NCBI RefSeq assembly: GCF_009834535.1
Contig: NC_045704.1
Coordinates: 13,268,001 to 13,332,000, forward strand
Origin: Camelus ferus
Taxonomy: Eukaryota
Length of the DNA: 64,000 bases
Direction of reading: 5' to 3'
Of this stretch, positions 10,901-23,942 are shown piece by piece. Positions within the stretch are counted from its first letter, which is position 1. Each line of letters begins with the position of its first letter. Under the pieces are notes generated by a model. That model was not told the DNA's origin and did not search any database. It saw nothing but the letters and a program-made list of their open reading frames with translations. The position numbers and the translations under genes were made by a program.

Positions 10901-13900
10901 AAAGAGGGCAGGTTCAAAGGCCAGTCCTCATTCCAACCTGGCTGCCCCCAACTCCAGTGGGGACGATGGGGAGAGGCTCCCCAAAAATCCGACCCTTCCC
11001 CCCACCTCCAGCTAGCCCCAGCCCCCACCCAGTTCCCTCCTTGCCCCTGAGGTTCAACGTGTGACACTTACCTCCCCGGGTTCACACACACACACACGTT
11101 GTGGGGGATTTTGGTTTTTGTTTTTTAAAAAACACGTATATATAAAAAAAAAAAAGATATATCAGAAACAGAGGGAGGAGGAGAAGAGACATCGCTAATG
11201 TCAGGGCCAGCAGGGTGGGGCTGGGGACAGACGGCGGGAAGGGGCTGGGGAAGCAGAGAAGAGAGAGGTCAGAGGGCAGGGCTCAGGTGGGAGGTACTCA
11301 CAATGCATGTCTCGCTCGTGTTCATACTCGATGAAGGCATAGCCTCGGGGCTTTCCTGACCGCTTACTGTAGACCATGTGTATCTAGGGGGGAGGGGGCG
11401 GTAGGGACAGAGGTTGGTTCCAACATAGGGAAACCCCACCCCATCAGTCACATGGCCTGTGTGGCAGGCCCGGGCTGAGTGGTGCCAGTGACAGATGCCT
11501 CAGACCCTCTGCCCTTCAAGGACCCAGAGTCACTGATGCTCTAATGGCCCTGGGTTTATCAGTTTCTGTGCATGATGACCTCAAGCTCTCACTACACTCC
11601 AGAGCATGTGAGTGACTTTTAAGTAAATAAAGAAATGTCAGTTGAACTTAAAGCCTTGCTCTAAAACAAGAATCAACATACATTTTCTATAAAGGGCCAG
11701 ACAGGAGCTATTTCCAGCTCTGAGGGCCATACAGCCAAAGACATAACGACCCAACTCTGCCTTACAGCAATAGCAGTCACAGATGATAGTAAACAAATGG
11801 GCCTGGCTGGATACCCATAAAACTTTATTTACAAATACTAAGTTTGCAGTTGGCTAATCTGTGCTCTAAACCAGTAACAAGCAGTCATTACTTCTTAATT
11901 TTACTTCCACTACCTCAAGTCTACTGCATGGAAGTGCAGTCAGCATATGAGCCCAGGCCATGGAATCAAACCCTGAAATAATGCGGTGGTCCTCAGGGCT
12001 GGGAGCCAGCCTTCCCCCTCCCTCCACACACCTCCAACTTAAACCACCCCTGCCCCAGTCCACTCACTCTTTTGATAGGTCCGTACACCTCAAATTCTCT
12101 CCGGAGCTTGGATTCTGTTGTGTCATAGTTCTACAAGGAGACAGATGTGAAGTTAAGAGGAAGCAGCTCTCAGAACATTCCCAGGACCAGGTTACTATCT
12201 ACACCCAAACTCTCTAGAGGAGTTCCCCAGGGTTCCAAGCTCCTCTGGAGTTCCAAGGGTTGGGAGCTGGGTACTCACCACTCTGGCCACAAAGAGAGTC
12301 TTGAAGGCATCACCCTGAGCATTGGGATCATTGTGAGGGTCCCCTGTGCAGGAAAAAAAAGTATTTGTAAGAAAGTGTCCACAACCTTGTGTAACAAGAC
12401 AGACAGAGACAGGTGGGCAGAGACCCAGAGGAACTTTGGTCACCTGGCGACCTTGGGCACGGACCCTCTAAGCCCTGCTTTCCCTGAAGCACAGCAGCCA
12501 TTATCAGCAACCTTTATCTTATCCAATGATGGGAAGGAATAAGGCTGACTTCACACTGACAGTATGGGGGCCAGCCTAATAGCCATTTCAGATCTACATA
12601 TTCTGAGGTTGAGGTCCCTCTCAGGTATGAGTAACTAAGCCCAAAGGGGCATCTCTGGGGAAGCAGCCTGAGCCTTCCAGGTACTGAGCTTCCTCCTTCA
12701 CCCATAGGGCCACAGTGCCACCCACTGGCATGGCCCACAACTACAGCCTGCAGCGAAAGCTGAGATCAAGCACCCCTAAGGCCTGGAGTGGGAGCCTAGC
12801 AGGGTCCAAGCACTGCTCTCTTCCCTGTCCTGTGGTCTCTGGGAGGAACTCAAGGCTGGCATTGGAGCTTCCAATAGGCTGATCAGATGCTTACTCCCAG
12901 CCTTACTACCACTAACCATTGAGGAATAACCACCTCCACAGACAGAAGCCAGAATCTTGTCACAAAACCAACGCTACAGGTGATTCTGATGGGTCAGGCC
13001 TGAGAAGAAGTCCTTTTCACAAAGTCTGGTGGTCTCACCACACACAATGGTTTCTGACTCCTGTCAGGGCCCCAAAGGCACCCTGCCCATTGCACTGTGA
13101 GGCGGTTCTTCTACCCAACAGTGCTACCTTCAGGAGAACTTGACATATTCTAGAACTTGCCATATTCTAGAAGAACATGAGAAAACAAATGTTAACTAAT
13201 TTATTGAGCACATAATTAGGCCCAGACACTGCTAAACACTAAGAATTGTTTACCATCATTCTGCAAATGGAAGAGAAGTGTCAGAGTAGCAGAGAAGCCA
13301 AGCTCGGCTTTACATCCCGGCCTGACCTCACAACCCAGGCTCATATGCTGAACCCCTAAGCGTTAGCTTCTCAGGAAGAGTTTGTGTGTTTCAAGAAGCC
13401 AGAGAATTAAAAGCCGTATGTGTTTTCCATGAGAGGGTTTGGCTGCAAACATAAACTAAGTTCAAGATGACTTCAGGGAATTTCTTGAAAAGCAGAAGAC
13501 TGAACCCAAATTTAAGAGAGTAACTACCTGGAAACTGATGGTTGCCCTCGAAGATAACTCTGTCCCCTGAGCCTGCCCCCTGAGTCCCTCACCCTACCTC
13601 GTCCCTCTGGGGCTGTAATTTTCCAGGCCTGGATGTCTCAGTCTGCACCCATTCATCCAACAGATATTTGTTAAGCACTACTATGTACCCAGAACTCCTG
13701 TAGGAGCTGGGGGTTCAACAGTGAACAAGACAAAAAAGATCCCTACCTTCTCGGAGCTCAGACATTACTGGAGGAAGGCTAACAGTAAACAAGGTAAATG
13801 AGGCAATCATCTAGTTTTAGCAGATAATCACAGAGATGGGGAGAAGAGTTTTAATGGGATGGTCCAGAAAGGCCTCACTGAGATGACAGCATGTGACCTG

Positions 13901-16900
13901 ATGGCGTATTTAATAGGAAACGAAGCCTCGCCAATACCAGGCAGCAGGCGGTCTAACAGGTACAGCAGGAACAGAACAGTGTTACCCTGACCACTGCCTG
14001 GCGGGGTGGACAAAGGCCAAACAGCAGAGAGCTGAGCTTCCTGACAGGCAGCCTGGAGGTGCCCAGCAGACGGAACGGGAAACCACCCCAGGCACCCTGC
14101 ACGAGTCTCCACAGTTCTTGTTTAACCAAGAGGCTCAGGAGTGTAACCAAAGGTAAAACCTTGTGCATCTGAGCCAGTACCCACGTATCTGAAGAAAGGA
14201 CCCATGAGCTAAAAGAAGGTGGCAAAGAACTGCAGTTCATCAGCAGTTTACCCCTCAGCAAGCACACAAACCCACTCCATCCTGCTGGCAACTCTGCCCT
14301 TGGGAAATCCTTGGTTAAGGATTATCTACATAGCAGCCCAGAGCAGGGGCTCCAAGGACTAGACTGTGGAGCTGGGAAACCTCATTAGGCTTTTAGAAGG
14401 CAGAGAAACTATTTCAGAACTCTTCCTCCTGGTAAGCATGCTCTTCACCTCCACAAACCTCCATTTCCTTAAAACTAGGAGTAACAACCCCTGCCACATT
14501 TAGAACCTGTTAGGAAGTAAAAAACATGAAATATATTAAGTGTTCAGTAAGGGGCAAGGTCCCCTTGAATGGTAGCTGTTAACTGTGACAAGGCACAACA
14601 AGTCTCTATACTCGGGGACCGAGGCTCTCAGGGGCAGAGAAACCCTACTGTACTTGATCCATCCTTTCCTTTTCCTTTCTACTATACGGAAGTTCAAACA
14701 CTTAAGGAAACACAACAGCATAATGAACCCCTATGAACCAGCTTCAATTATCACCAGAGCTACACCTATTACATCTCTACCACCACCAGCATATTTAAAA
14801 TCAGAGTACTTTAAATTTTAAGCTCCAGATATACCATTGTAGTTCTATAAGACTTAAAAAAAAAAAAAGAGTAACGATGGTACCGTTATTACACCTTAAA
14901 AAGTTAACACTAGTTCCCTAACCTCACTAAGACCTTGTGTCCAATGTTCGTATGTCCTCAACTGTTTCAAAACTAGATTTTTACAGTTGGCTCATTTAAA
15001 TCAGGACCCAAGGAAGCTCCACACTTACCATTTGGTTGAGGTGATTCTTTAATCCATTTGGTTCACTCCCTGCCCCTGCCTTTAACATTTATTTGTTAAA
15101 GAAACTGGGTCACAAATTTGTCTTCTACAATTCTCTACATTCTAAATTTGGCTAACTGCATCCTCAGGATCATTCAACATGTCAGGATCCCACTTTTAAA
15201 GTATGGAAAACAATTTCCAGCAGAAGTGACTTATCCAAGGTCACAACAGCTGTAAGCAGCAGAGGCGGGCTTAACACTCAAGTGGGTCAGACTACAAGGC
15301 CTGTGCCCCCGCAGCAGAGCTGAAAGGCTCCCCAAGTTAACTGCTGCCAACAGTTCTCTACCAGGTCCCACTGGAGCGGGGGCCACAATGGTGGGCAAAT
15401 TCCATCCAAACCCTGCTTTCCTGGAGTAACTATGAACCAAAGTAGAGATGAATGTGTATCAGTGAGCCCCTCCTACAGACTCAAGTGACCAACCTGCAGC
15501 AGGACCTAGGGCTTTCAGTGCACGAGGGGATGTGACTTAAGCAAGGGAGTCACAAAAGGCTTCCCTGAGGAGTGACGGCTGACAGAGACACAAAGGGCAG
15601 TTCCATATAAACCAAGGTATCATCTGAGACAGGGGAACAGCCTGGGCAAAGACCCAATGACAGGAGACCATCTGGGAAGGATGAGGGGTGAGAAGAGGCC
15701 AGTGCAGGCTGCAGGGGTTGGGGGCAGCATGGGCAGAATGCATCCTCAGTGGGCAGGAGAGGGACTCTGGTCTTTATGCTGAAAACAAAAGGAAGCTGTT
15801 AGCAGAGAAAGGTACAATCAGAGTTGTATTTTAAAAAGCTCCACAGAACCTGGCAGGGACAGAGATATAGGCAAACCAGTCAGACTGTTATTGTGTGTCC
15901 AGGCCGGAGGGGCCCTGCATGGTGGACACAGAGAGAAGGCTCAGAACTGTGACATTTAGAGAGTAACAGGGAGAGATCCTGGTGACAGGCTGGGGAAACA
16001 GTGAGAAAAAGGTGTTGAAAGCAAACTGGGTGGCAGCAACTGAGGTCCTGACTTGCAAAGCTGGATGACCATGTTCCAGCGAAGGAAACAACCAAAGACC
16101 AGATTGGTAGGGAGAGAAAATAACGATTGTGGTTCGGACACTGAGTTTGATATGCCTTTGAGGCATCCAAGAAAAGACAGGAAAGCAGTGAGAGTCAGGG
16201 ATCAGAGAGCTCTCAGCTAGGTGCCCAGGTATTCAGCTGTCAGGCATTTGCATAAGCTCCCTGAGGAATGTGCCACACCAGGGAACGAGATTCTGAGTGA
16301 AGTGATTCACCACAGCCTCACATGGAAAACCCAAGTCTTCTGACTGCAAAGTCCCTGCTAACAAGAAAGGGCCATTAGAGGTTGGTACGTGACCCTCCTG
16401 TGAAGCCTGGTTAACGGCTACAACGTACTCCAATTCCTCCTGTACCCAGAAGGGATGAAACACCCCCAGCCCAAGGGCCGGGGAGCTAAGGTGGAGTCAG
16501 GACTGCCTCACCAGCCCAACCTCACCACCTCTGCCTATGAGGCCCGGCTAGTGTAGGCCCCTGCAGGATGCAGCCCAAGGCACCAGGATCCCTTCCTGCC
16601 CACCCTTACTCCACGCTCTGCTGCTTAAATGCCTAAACGAAACAGAGTGCTGGCAAACAGGGTGCTAAAAAAGTGAACTGACAATCGCATTTTCCCAAAT
16701 TAGAGTCCTGGGCTGTCCTTGGGGAGAGAAACACAAGAGTGAACAAGAGACATGAAAGGAGGAAAGAGGGACTTACACATTTTTAGCTCTGTCTCCACTT
16801 CTTGCTGTCGCCGCTCAATCTTTTCCCGTCTCTGTCAGGAGAAAAGTAGACAACTAAACACAGACAGAAGTGCCCCGATGTCACGGAACTTTCTGAAGAA

Positions 16901-18532
16901 AGTGGCAAAAAAGATGTGGTGGAGTCAGAAGGCAAACACTACATACCTTCCTCTCCATGCGTTCCTCCCGGGTTTCTGCACGAGTTGGAGGAGGGGCATC
17001 TCGAGGGTCCTGGGAACAAGACGTGACAGAGTGGGAGTGACGGGGGGAAATAGCAAGAGACACCCATCCAGGAAACAGTAAGCATCTCGACCATGCTCCC
17101 CTACATGTACACATGTATACACACACACACACAAACACGGACAGTTCCCAGGCCAGTGGAGGTAGGGGAGTGGCGCAGATCAAAGCATGGTCCACGGACC
17201 AGTGATATTTGCTGCTACTTGTCTGTGACAACAGAAGTACAGAAACTAAGAATAAGTATTCAAAAACTTCTACAGCAATCTGAGTAGTTTTATGCCCACT
17301 GAACTTAATAAAAATTTGATTTTTTACTTTGTATTCTTTCTTTAAAGACACTAGAAAAAAATGAAAATAATTCTCCTATGTGTTCAAAAGCATCAATCTC
17401 CAATGGAGTTGTCCTTTATTACAGGTAGGAATTGGGACAGGCCCTAAACAGAAAGAGCTGACAGCGCAGTGCTCAGAGGAAAAAACCAGACACCCCCTGA
17501 GGGCCAGAGCCCTTCCTGAAGGTCTCAGCAAGCACTCATTAAACAGTAATTGGCACATGACCCACGCCTGCCACCTGCCTGTTGACGTTAGTTTAACTGG
17601 CTAATAACATTTTCCAAATACCGGTTCACTGAGGGTGGCAAATCCTACTAAACAGCCAATCTACCATCTCTCTACTAGCTTCTGCTCTGCAACTTCCTCC
17701 ACCTCCCCTTTCCCACTCGATGCCAGAACTTTCTTCTTCTGACCTCTGGCTGTGTGCCAGCATTTCTCAGGTGTTCTCTGATGCACCTTAAGAGGTGGAT
17801 ATTGTCATCCTAATTTTACAAATGAAAAAACTCAGGCCCACGAGACTAAGTCGTTTAATCATGTTTATGCCGCAGATACAAAGCTAAAATTCTCACGCCC
17901 ATGGTCTTAAGCAACCCACCACCCGGTGCTACCCCTTTACAAATATCACCGTATAAACAACAAAAATGGCAAGTACGATAAGAAATACTAATATCTGCTA
18001 ACTGCTTAATGCCAAGCCCTGTAACGTAAGTTTTTTCGTCAATTCTCCATCAATATTACAACGAAGATACTAACATCCCCTTGCAAAAGATGAAGAAATC
18101 ACAGCACTAAGAGGGTACACCTCTTGCCCAAGTTCACACAGCTGATAAATGATGCGCCAAGGACTACCTAGCTTGAGAGCCTCAATCCTTAACTGGTAGT
18201 TACTCAATTTTCACAAAAACCCTACAAGGGATGCATCATCTACCCCAATTAAGACAGGGAAACCGAGGTTAAAAGTCACCTGCCTTTATCACACAGCTAG
18301 AAAACTGGACAGAGACTGGACTCCCAAATCCAGCCCCCAGGCCCCAAAGAACCCAACCAGCTCCAGGTCTGCTCAGCGAACTCACCTCAAACTCTCGGAT
18401 GTACGGTGCGATGCCACAGTAAGGTTGATTGTGGTGTTTTTCATGTGGCAGTTTCTCCAGGGGTGGCAGGTATGGGATGGGGTCGCGGGGAGCAAAGAGG
18501 GCCAGAAGGTTGGGCGGCAGGAACTGAGTCAT
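4333..18532 (-). CDS. SNRNP70: U1 snRNP 70 kDa protein, spliced CDS join(18386-18532,16947-17009,16777-16831,12279-12343,12068-12130,11302-11383,8002-8103,5072-5159,4333-4990); 1323 nt, 440 aa
   Basis: All nine coding exons have GT/AG boundaries and consistent phase. Translation runs [18 protein letters not shown]...RRM ([10 protein letters not shown])...RS/RE-rich tail...MEAAPE*. Confidence 0.97.
5072..5159 (-). CDS. SNRNP70: SNRNP70 exon 9
   Basis: [28 protein letters not shown]; 88 nt; AG/GT boundaries. Confidence 0.95.
6820..6919 (+). mobile_element. LINE-1 3' tip with poly(A)
   Basis: gacacaacattgtaaactgactataactcaat followed by a long A run. The same tail occurs at 24770-24830, 49590-49685 and 50212-50270. 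Confidence 0.7.
7665..7805 (-). mobile_element. MIR SINE fragment
   Basis: cccactttccaagatgaggaaaactgaggc is the reverse complement of the MIR core. Confidence 0.6.
8002..8103 (-). CDS. SNRNP70: SNRNP70 exon 8
   Basis: [33 protein letters not shown]; 102 nt. Confidence 0.95.
11302..11383 (-). CDS. SNRNP70: SNRNP70 exon 7 (RNP1)
   Basis: [27 protein letters not shown]; 82 nt. Confidence 0.95.
11667..11863 (-). mobile_element. MER58-like hAT-Charlie MITE
   Basis: Internal aaaactttatttacaaa motif; 8-bp target-site duplication ctctaaaa (11659-11666) / ctctaaac (11864-11871). Confidence 0.7.
12068..12130 (-). CDS. SNRNP70: SNRNP70 exon 6
   Basis: [21 protein letters not shown]; 63 nt. Confidence 0.95.
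12279..12343 (-). CDS. SNRNP70: SNRNP70 exon 5 (RNP2)
   Basis: [21 protein letters not shown]; 65 nt. Confidence 0.95.
13645..14160 (-). mobile_element. LINE-2 fragment
   Basis: cattcatccaacagatatttgttaagcactactatgtaccc is the reverse complement of the L2 3' end. Boundaries approximate. Confidence 0.6.
16777..16831 (-). CDS. SNRNP70: SNRNP70 exon 4
   Basis: [18 protein letters not shown]; 55 nt. Confidence 0.95.
16947..17009 (-). CDS. SNRNP70: SNRNP70 exon 3
   Basis: [21 protein letters not shown]; 63 nt. Confidence 0.95.
18386..18532 (-). CDS. SNRNP70: SNRNP70 exon 2 coding part (exon starts at 18542)
   Basis: ATG at 18532; [49 protein letters not shown]; GTGAG donor. Confidence 0.96.
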
Positions 18533-19249
18533 CTTGCCAAGTCTGAGAGCAGAAGCAAAACCACCTTATGTTAGGGTGAAGTGGGAGAGATGAAGCCCCT
18601 ATAACTCCTTGACTCCCAGGAAGAGAGAAAAACAGAGGCAAAATCTTCAGTATCAAAATAGGTTCTTTAAGGGCAGAGAGCAATCCTAAGTCACGGGGAA
18701 CGAAGGAAAAAATCTGAATGAGAAAGCAAGTTCCTGGGGAAGGACTGTGTGAAGGGGTGGGGTCAGGCCGGTAAGGGAAACAAAGACTGAAAAAGCGTTT
18801 CTGAGTAGTGAAGTCTCAGACTCCTGAGCAAGGATCTGCGGGGCTGAGAGTCCCTGGGGGCTTGTAGAGGCATCAATGATCCTGAGGAGGGAAGTTCAGG
18901 ACAGTGACGGCTGGTGGTCCCGTACCTTGGATAACAGATTATGGGGCGAGGGTCGCAGGACGTCTCCGATCAAGGGAGGGAGTCATAAGTAGCAAACCCC
19001 TCAAGCCAGGGGGTTGTGGGTAATAGATCCAGGCCCCCACAGGCAAAAGGAATTATGGGTAAAGTTCCAGGACGCAGCGGAGGCGAGGGAAAAAAAGGCA
19101 ACACACCGCAAGGGCCTGTGGGTAAGTGACCGCTGAAGGGGGAAGGGGGTCTATGGGAAGAGAGCCTTACTGCCCAGAGAACTCTGGGTAAAGGGTGCAA
19201 AAAGGTACTGTGGCGGTGGCGCGGGAAGGGGACCCGGCAGCTGGGAAAG

Positions 19250-19860
19250 GACTGGGACCCACCGCAGGGGCTTGTGGGTAGCGGCCCCGCACCTGGTAAA
19301 GCCAGTCAGTCACACTCACCCGCCGCGCGGCGCCCTCCTCGGCCTGGCGACGGTCCCAGGGCTCGCGGCGGCTGCGGCAGCCCCTCAGCAATAGGTACGC
19401 CTGCTCTGGCTTCGACTCTGGCAGGGTCTACGTCCCTCAGTCTCTGTCGCCCGCCCACCGCGCGCACCAGGCCGCTGCTCACAAGCCCGCGCGGCCCCAG
19501 CTCGCGGCAGGGGCAAGGGGTGGAACCAGCCTCAAATCCCTCCGCCGGCCGCACTGCGCACGCGCTGCGCGAGTCAAGTACAACCCACACACAGGGACTC
19601 TGACGCCGCCGCGGGTACTACGCACGCGCGAGGTCACTGCTCCGCCTTCGGACAGCTTAAATTCCTTTGCCGCGGCCGGCTGGTGTCCGTAGTGCGCACG
19701 CGCGCTCCTCCCCACGCTCTGCTTTTTCACCTCGCGCTCTGGGCTCCAACCGCCTCTGTCCGCGAGACCCTTTTCGATGCTCCACCCCTTTCCCTAACTC
19801 ACTTCCCGGATCTTGTGCGCATGCTTATATTGTTTTGTATGGTATATACCCTTCCGCCGC
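19250..19860. promoter_or_regulatory. CpG-island promoter of SNRNP70
   Basis: CpG-rich, with NRF1-like GCGCATGC/GCGCACGCG motifs (about 19555-19570, 19692-19705, 19816-19824). Confidence 0.75.
19320..19490 (-). other. SNRNP70: SNRNP70 non-coding exon 1 (5' boundary approximate)
   Basis: TTGCTGAGGGGCTGCCGCAGCCGCCGCGAGCC resembles the recalled human 5' UTR; GTGAGT donor at 19319-19314. Confidence 0.7.
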
Positions 19861-21465
19861 CTGGCAAAGAGTCCCTACATGAACAGTGTGATTACCTAAC
19901 ATATTAAATCAGTAATCGAGCGCCGGCAGTGTGCTCCGCAGTGTTTGGCCACTGGGGTTGTAGCATGTGACTAAAGCAAAGTCTTTTCCTTTTTGGAGCG
20001 TACGTTGTACTGCGGGAGACAATAAAGGCATTTTAAAAATAAATTTAATTTAGGATAGTGGCCAGCACAATAAAGGAAAACAGGGCAGAGTAAGGTGTTG
20101 GGCAGTGAAAGAGGGTCTATTTTAGAAAGGGTGATAACGGAAGGCTCTTCTTAAGAGGTGACTTTTGAACAAAGGCCCGATGGAGGGGAGATCTGGGCGG
20201 GGTTAACAGCAAGTGCAAAGGCCCTGATTTAGGAATCCCATGTTGTTGGCTGTGAGAGCAGAGAGCTGGCGGCCGTGTTATTTAGGATCCTGTAAACCTG
20301 TAAGAAGTTAAGTATTTTAAGTTTTGGGGGTAGATTCAATTGCCTGTTTAATAATAATTACAGAAATTATTACAAAATTTAAATGACTAAATTCATATTA
20401 CTTAAAAATTTTTTTTATCACATTTGCTTTATCAATGTGAGAATTCTGTGCTATTTTTTGGAGCTTTTCTGTAATTATAAAATTCGTTCAAAATAAAAAG
20501 TTTGAAGAAAAAGCTAAATCTGCTTTAATAACATATTTTTCTTTTATGCTATTTGAAAGTAAATTGCCGAGGCACTGCGTCTCTAAATGCGTCAGCATGT
20601 AACTCCTAAGAATAAGAACATTCTTTTACATAACCGCAAAACGATTTTCACCTCTGAGAATATTTATCCAGCCCCTATTCGGATTTTCCCAATTGACCCA
20701 CAAATATTTTGCTTTAATCCGAACCAGTAGCCAATCAAGGTTCACATCTCTTTAGTCTCTTTTAATATAGAATAGATACACGCATGTACACCCACACACT
20801 TTTTTTCTCATTAGTTGTTGGTTTTTCCCCAGAGTTCAGAGCAGTTTCCAGTAGAATGTCCCACATTCTGGATTTGTCTGATTGTTTCCTCGTGTTTAGT
20901 TTATTCCACTACCCCTGTTTTGCCTATAAAATGGAAATTGAGTTGGAAGCTTTGAATAGACTGACATTGAGCATTTTTGGCAAGAACGCTTCCGTGGTGA
21001 TACTGCAGGCTTTGTATTTGCATCACATCTGGGAGGTGCATAATGTCAGGAGGTCCCCCTATTATGATGCTGAGTTTGGTCACCTGGTCAAGGAGCTAAC
21101 TGCCAGATCTCTCCTTGTAAAGATACATTTTCCCTTTGGTAATCTGAGCAGTGAGACTCTGCCACTGGGCAAATATTCTGTTCCCCAAGCATCTCTCACC
21201 CCATGGTTGTAGCAGCCATTGCTGATCCTTGACTGAATCAAGTGTTACCTGGGGGAGAGGACAGATTTTATTTGAAATGAAATAGGAAGTATCTAAGAGT
21301 TTTGATCAGGAGGACAGACCTAATTTACATTCTTAAAAGATCATTTCAGGAGGAGGAGGTGGATGGACAGAAAAAAAAACGTAGAGAAGAGGCTGAAGAA
21401 GAACAGTAGATGCTTAGAAGGCTACAATTTCCAGGGGAGAGATGGTGGCTTGGCTGAGATGATAG

Positions 21466-22165
21466 TGTTACCCAACTCACTTTGGCTGCTTACTGCTTGA
21501 AAGCCAATACTGGAGAGACAGGTGTTGGTAGGAAAGGAAAAGTTGCTTTATTCAGGAGGCCAGCAACCTGGGGAGGAGGTGGACTTATGGAGAAAAGCCA
21601 ACTTGCAGTTGCCAATCAGGGGACAAGAGCTTTTAAAGGGGAGTCTCTGGGGTGTATATGCAGAGGGAGGGGGCTACATGCAGAACAGCACAGTCAGGTC
21701 TGACAATTGTCTTGAAGTTAGTCCTGTGGTGGTCTGATCAGTGTCATCTTGATTGTTTTAAGTACAGTTAATCTTTAGTTCCAGGACTGGGTTTTTCCCA
21801 TTTCTTTGAGGACAGTTCTTGAAATTGTGCAAGATGGATCAGCTTGTCATGGCTACAGTCTGGTTATCATGTAGGTAACTTCTTCCACCTGGTGGGGGTT
21901 TCAGTATCTGCAAAACGGCTCCAAAAATATAGCTCAGAATACTAACTATAGCCCTTGAGGAGGAACTAAAGGTTCTTGAGTGTGTTTAATGATGAAATTG
22001 TTATTATTTTGTCCTGTTTGACTGCTTTTCTTTGCTTCTTCATTTTTCATTTTTTTCTGGTTAAATTTATTCTTTGGCTAAAGTTTTTGTACAGACAAAA
22101 AGCAGGCAGAGGAGATGGTGGGGAGTCTGTCCTAAGAAGACCCCGTAGTGTCTTCCTCCATCACA
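21466..22165 (-). mobile_element. ERV1-class solo LTR
   Basis: TG...CA termini (tgttaccc...ccatcaca), internal aataaag on the minus strand, 4-bp TSD atag/gtag. Confidence 0.65.
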
Positions 22166-23282
22166 GTAGCAGTGGGGTGGAAAGGAGTGATGAGATTCAG
22201 GATGTATTGTGACGGTAGGGCTCACTTATTCAGTTGCTATAGGAGTGGAATTAGAGTGTATGGAAAAGAGGGATGTTAAAAATAATACTTAGAGGAAATT
22301 AAGGAGGACTAAATGCAATGTGGGATCCTGGAGAAGATTCTGACCTGGAAAAAGAACACTAGTGGAAAACTGGTGAGATTCAAATAAGGTTTGTAGCATT
22401 ATTGGTTAACAGCATTATATTATTGTTAATTTCCTGACAAATTATTGTAGTACGGTTATGAAAGAAGTTGACATTGGTGAAAGATGGGTGAAGGATATAT
22501 GGGAATTCTGTACCGTTTTTGGCAACTTTCCTGTAAGTCTGAAATGATTTCAAAATAACAAGTTTAATGAAAACATTTAAATGAAGTTGATCTTCCCTTA
22601 ATAATAATCCTCGCTCCTAGATTTGTTGACTAATCAACTGGCTCATTGATGGTGCCATTGATTTAGAGAGGGAAGACGTGTAATGGTCGAGGAGGAGTTC
22701 TGGGTTTGGACATACCAAAGATGTCTGACACTCAGGTGGAGCTATGGCCTTGAAAGTTGGAAGATATGACAATCATGGAAGAGTTTGAGGCTGGAAACCT
22801 ATATTTGGAAGTCATTGGTGTAGAGATAGCATTTGAAGCCATGTGACTGGATGGACTCAGCTAGGAGGGGAGAAAGGATGGATAAAGGAAGAAGTCTGAG
22901 AACTGAGTCCCAAGGCCCTCCATCAGAACTCAGATAAAGCAGGAAGACCCCGTAAAGGAGATGAGGGGGAGTGATGGCAAATGTAGGAGAAAACCCAGGA
23001 GAGTCAGGTGTCCAGGAAGCCAAGAAGGAAAGTGCTTCAAGAAGACAGTGTTCAGTGTGTCTCATGCTGCTGAGAAATGCAGGACCATAAGGACTGAGGT
23101 TTGGCCATGGTAGATGGCCTTGACAAGATGATGGGAGATGAAGTAGAAACCTCGGGTAGGGAAAAACCTTTAGAGAAGCTTTGCTGCCAAGGGAGCAGAG
23201 AGAAGCAATAATAGTGGAAGAGGAAAGTAGAGGCAAGGAAGGTTTGTTTTTTTTTTTTTTAAGATAGAAAATATATTAAGTT

Positions 23283-23399
23283 GGGGAAGGTATAGCTCAA
23301 TGGTAAAGCTTATGCCTAGCATGTTCAAGGTCCTGGGTTCAATCCTCAGTACCGCCATTAAAATAAATAAACCTAATTGCCTCCTCCCCTCCAAAAAAA
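23283..23399 (+). mobile_element. tRNA-derived SINE (camelid-type)
   Basis: A box tagctcaatgg, B box ggttcaatcc, tail aaataaataaacctaattgcctcc and A run. Confidence 0.85.
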
Positions 23400-23517
23400 G
23401 GCATTAAAAAAATGAAATGAAATTCAAATGTCCTTCCTACAGTGAATGGATAAATAGATGGACACACGCTCATAACTTGGAATAGTACTGAGTGTTAAGA
23501 AGGAAAGAACTACCAGA

Positions 23518-23620
23518 GGGAGGGTATAGCTGATGGTAGAGTGCATGCTTAGCATGCACAAGGTCCTGGGTTCCATCCCCAGTGCCTCCATTAAAAAAAA
23601 TAATAACAAAAATTTTAAAA
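23518..23620 (+). mobile_element. tRNA-derived SINE (camelid-type)
   Basis: gggagggtatagctgatggtagagtgcatgcttagcatgcacaaggtcctgggttccatcccc followed by an A tail. Confidence 0.85.
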
Positions 23621-23729
23621 AGAAGGAAAAATAACTGATACGCGCAGCAGAAAAGAACCAGTCTTCCATGCATTATGCTAAGTGTAAGAAGCCATATTGA
23701 AAAGGCTCTGTACTGTATGATATCACTTA

Positions 23730-23942
23730 CAGTTGACCCATAAACAACACGAGTCTGAACTGCACAGGTTCACTCATATGTGGATTGTTTTCAAGAGTAA
23801 CAGCTGCAGTACTGAACCATCCAGTTGGTTGAATCCCTGGATGTGGAACCGTGGGTGTGGAGGAACCACGTGCACTCAGATTTTCAACTGCATGTACTGT
23901 CCAAGCTCCTAACCAACCTTGAGCATTATTCAAGGTCAACTA
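23730..23942. mobile_element. Tigger2-derived MITE (MER8-like) nested in an old L1 fragment
   Basis: Terminal inverted repeats cagttgaccc...ggtcaact with flanking TA dinucleotides. Confidence 0.7.

Noticed and set aside
8937-11067. ORFs spanning N-runs (also 28556-29805, 34543-35657, 50596-50787)
   Set aside because: The length is inflated by gaps; only the KCNA7 frame is real.
19316-19326. Possible GC donor 4 nt upstream of the GT donor of SNRNP70 exon 1
   Set aside because: It rests on uncertain recall of the human junction, is non-coding, and cannot be resolved without reads.
23283-23620. tRNA-like sequences with A and B boxes
   Set aside because: They have SINE tails and TSDs, occur as several diverged copies, and lack an intact cloverleaf, so they are SINEs and not tRNA genes.
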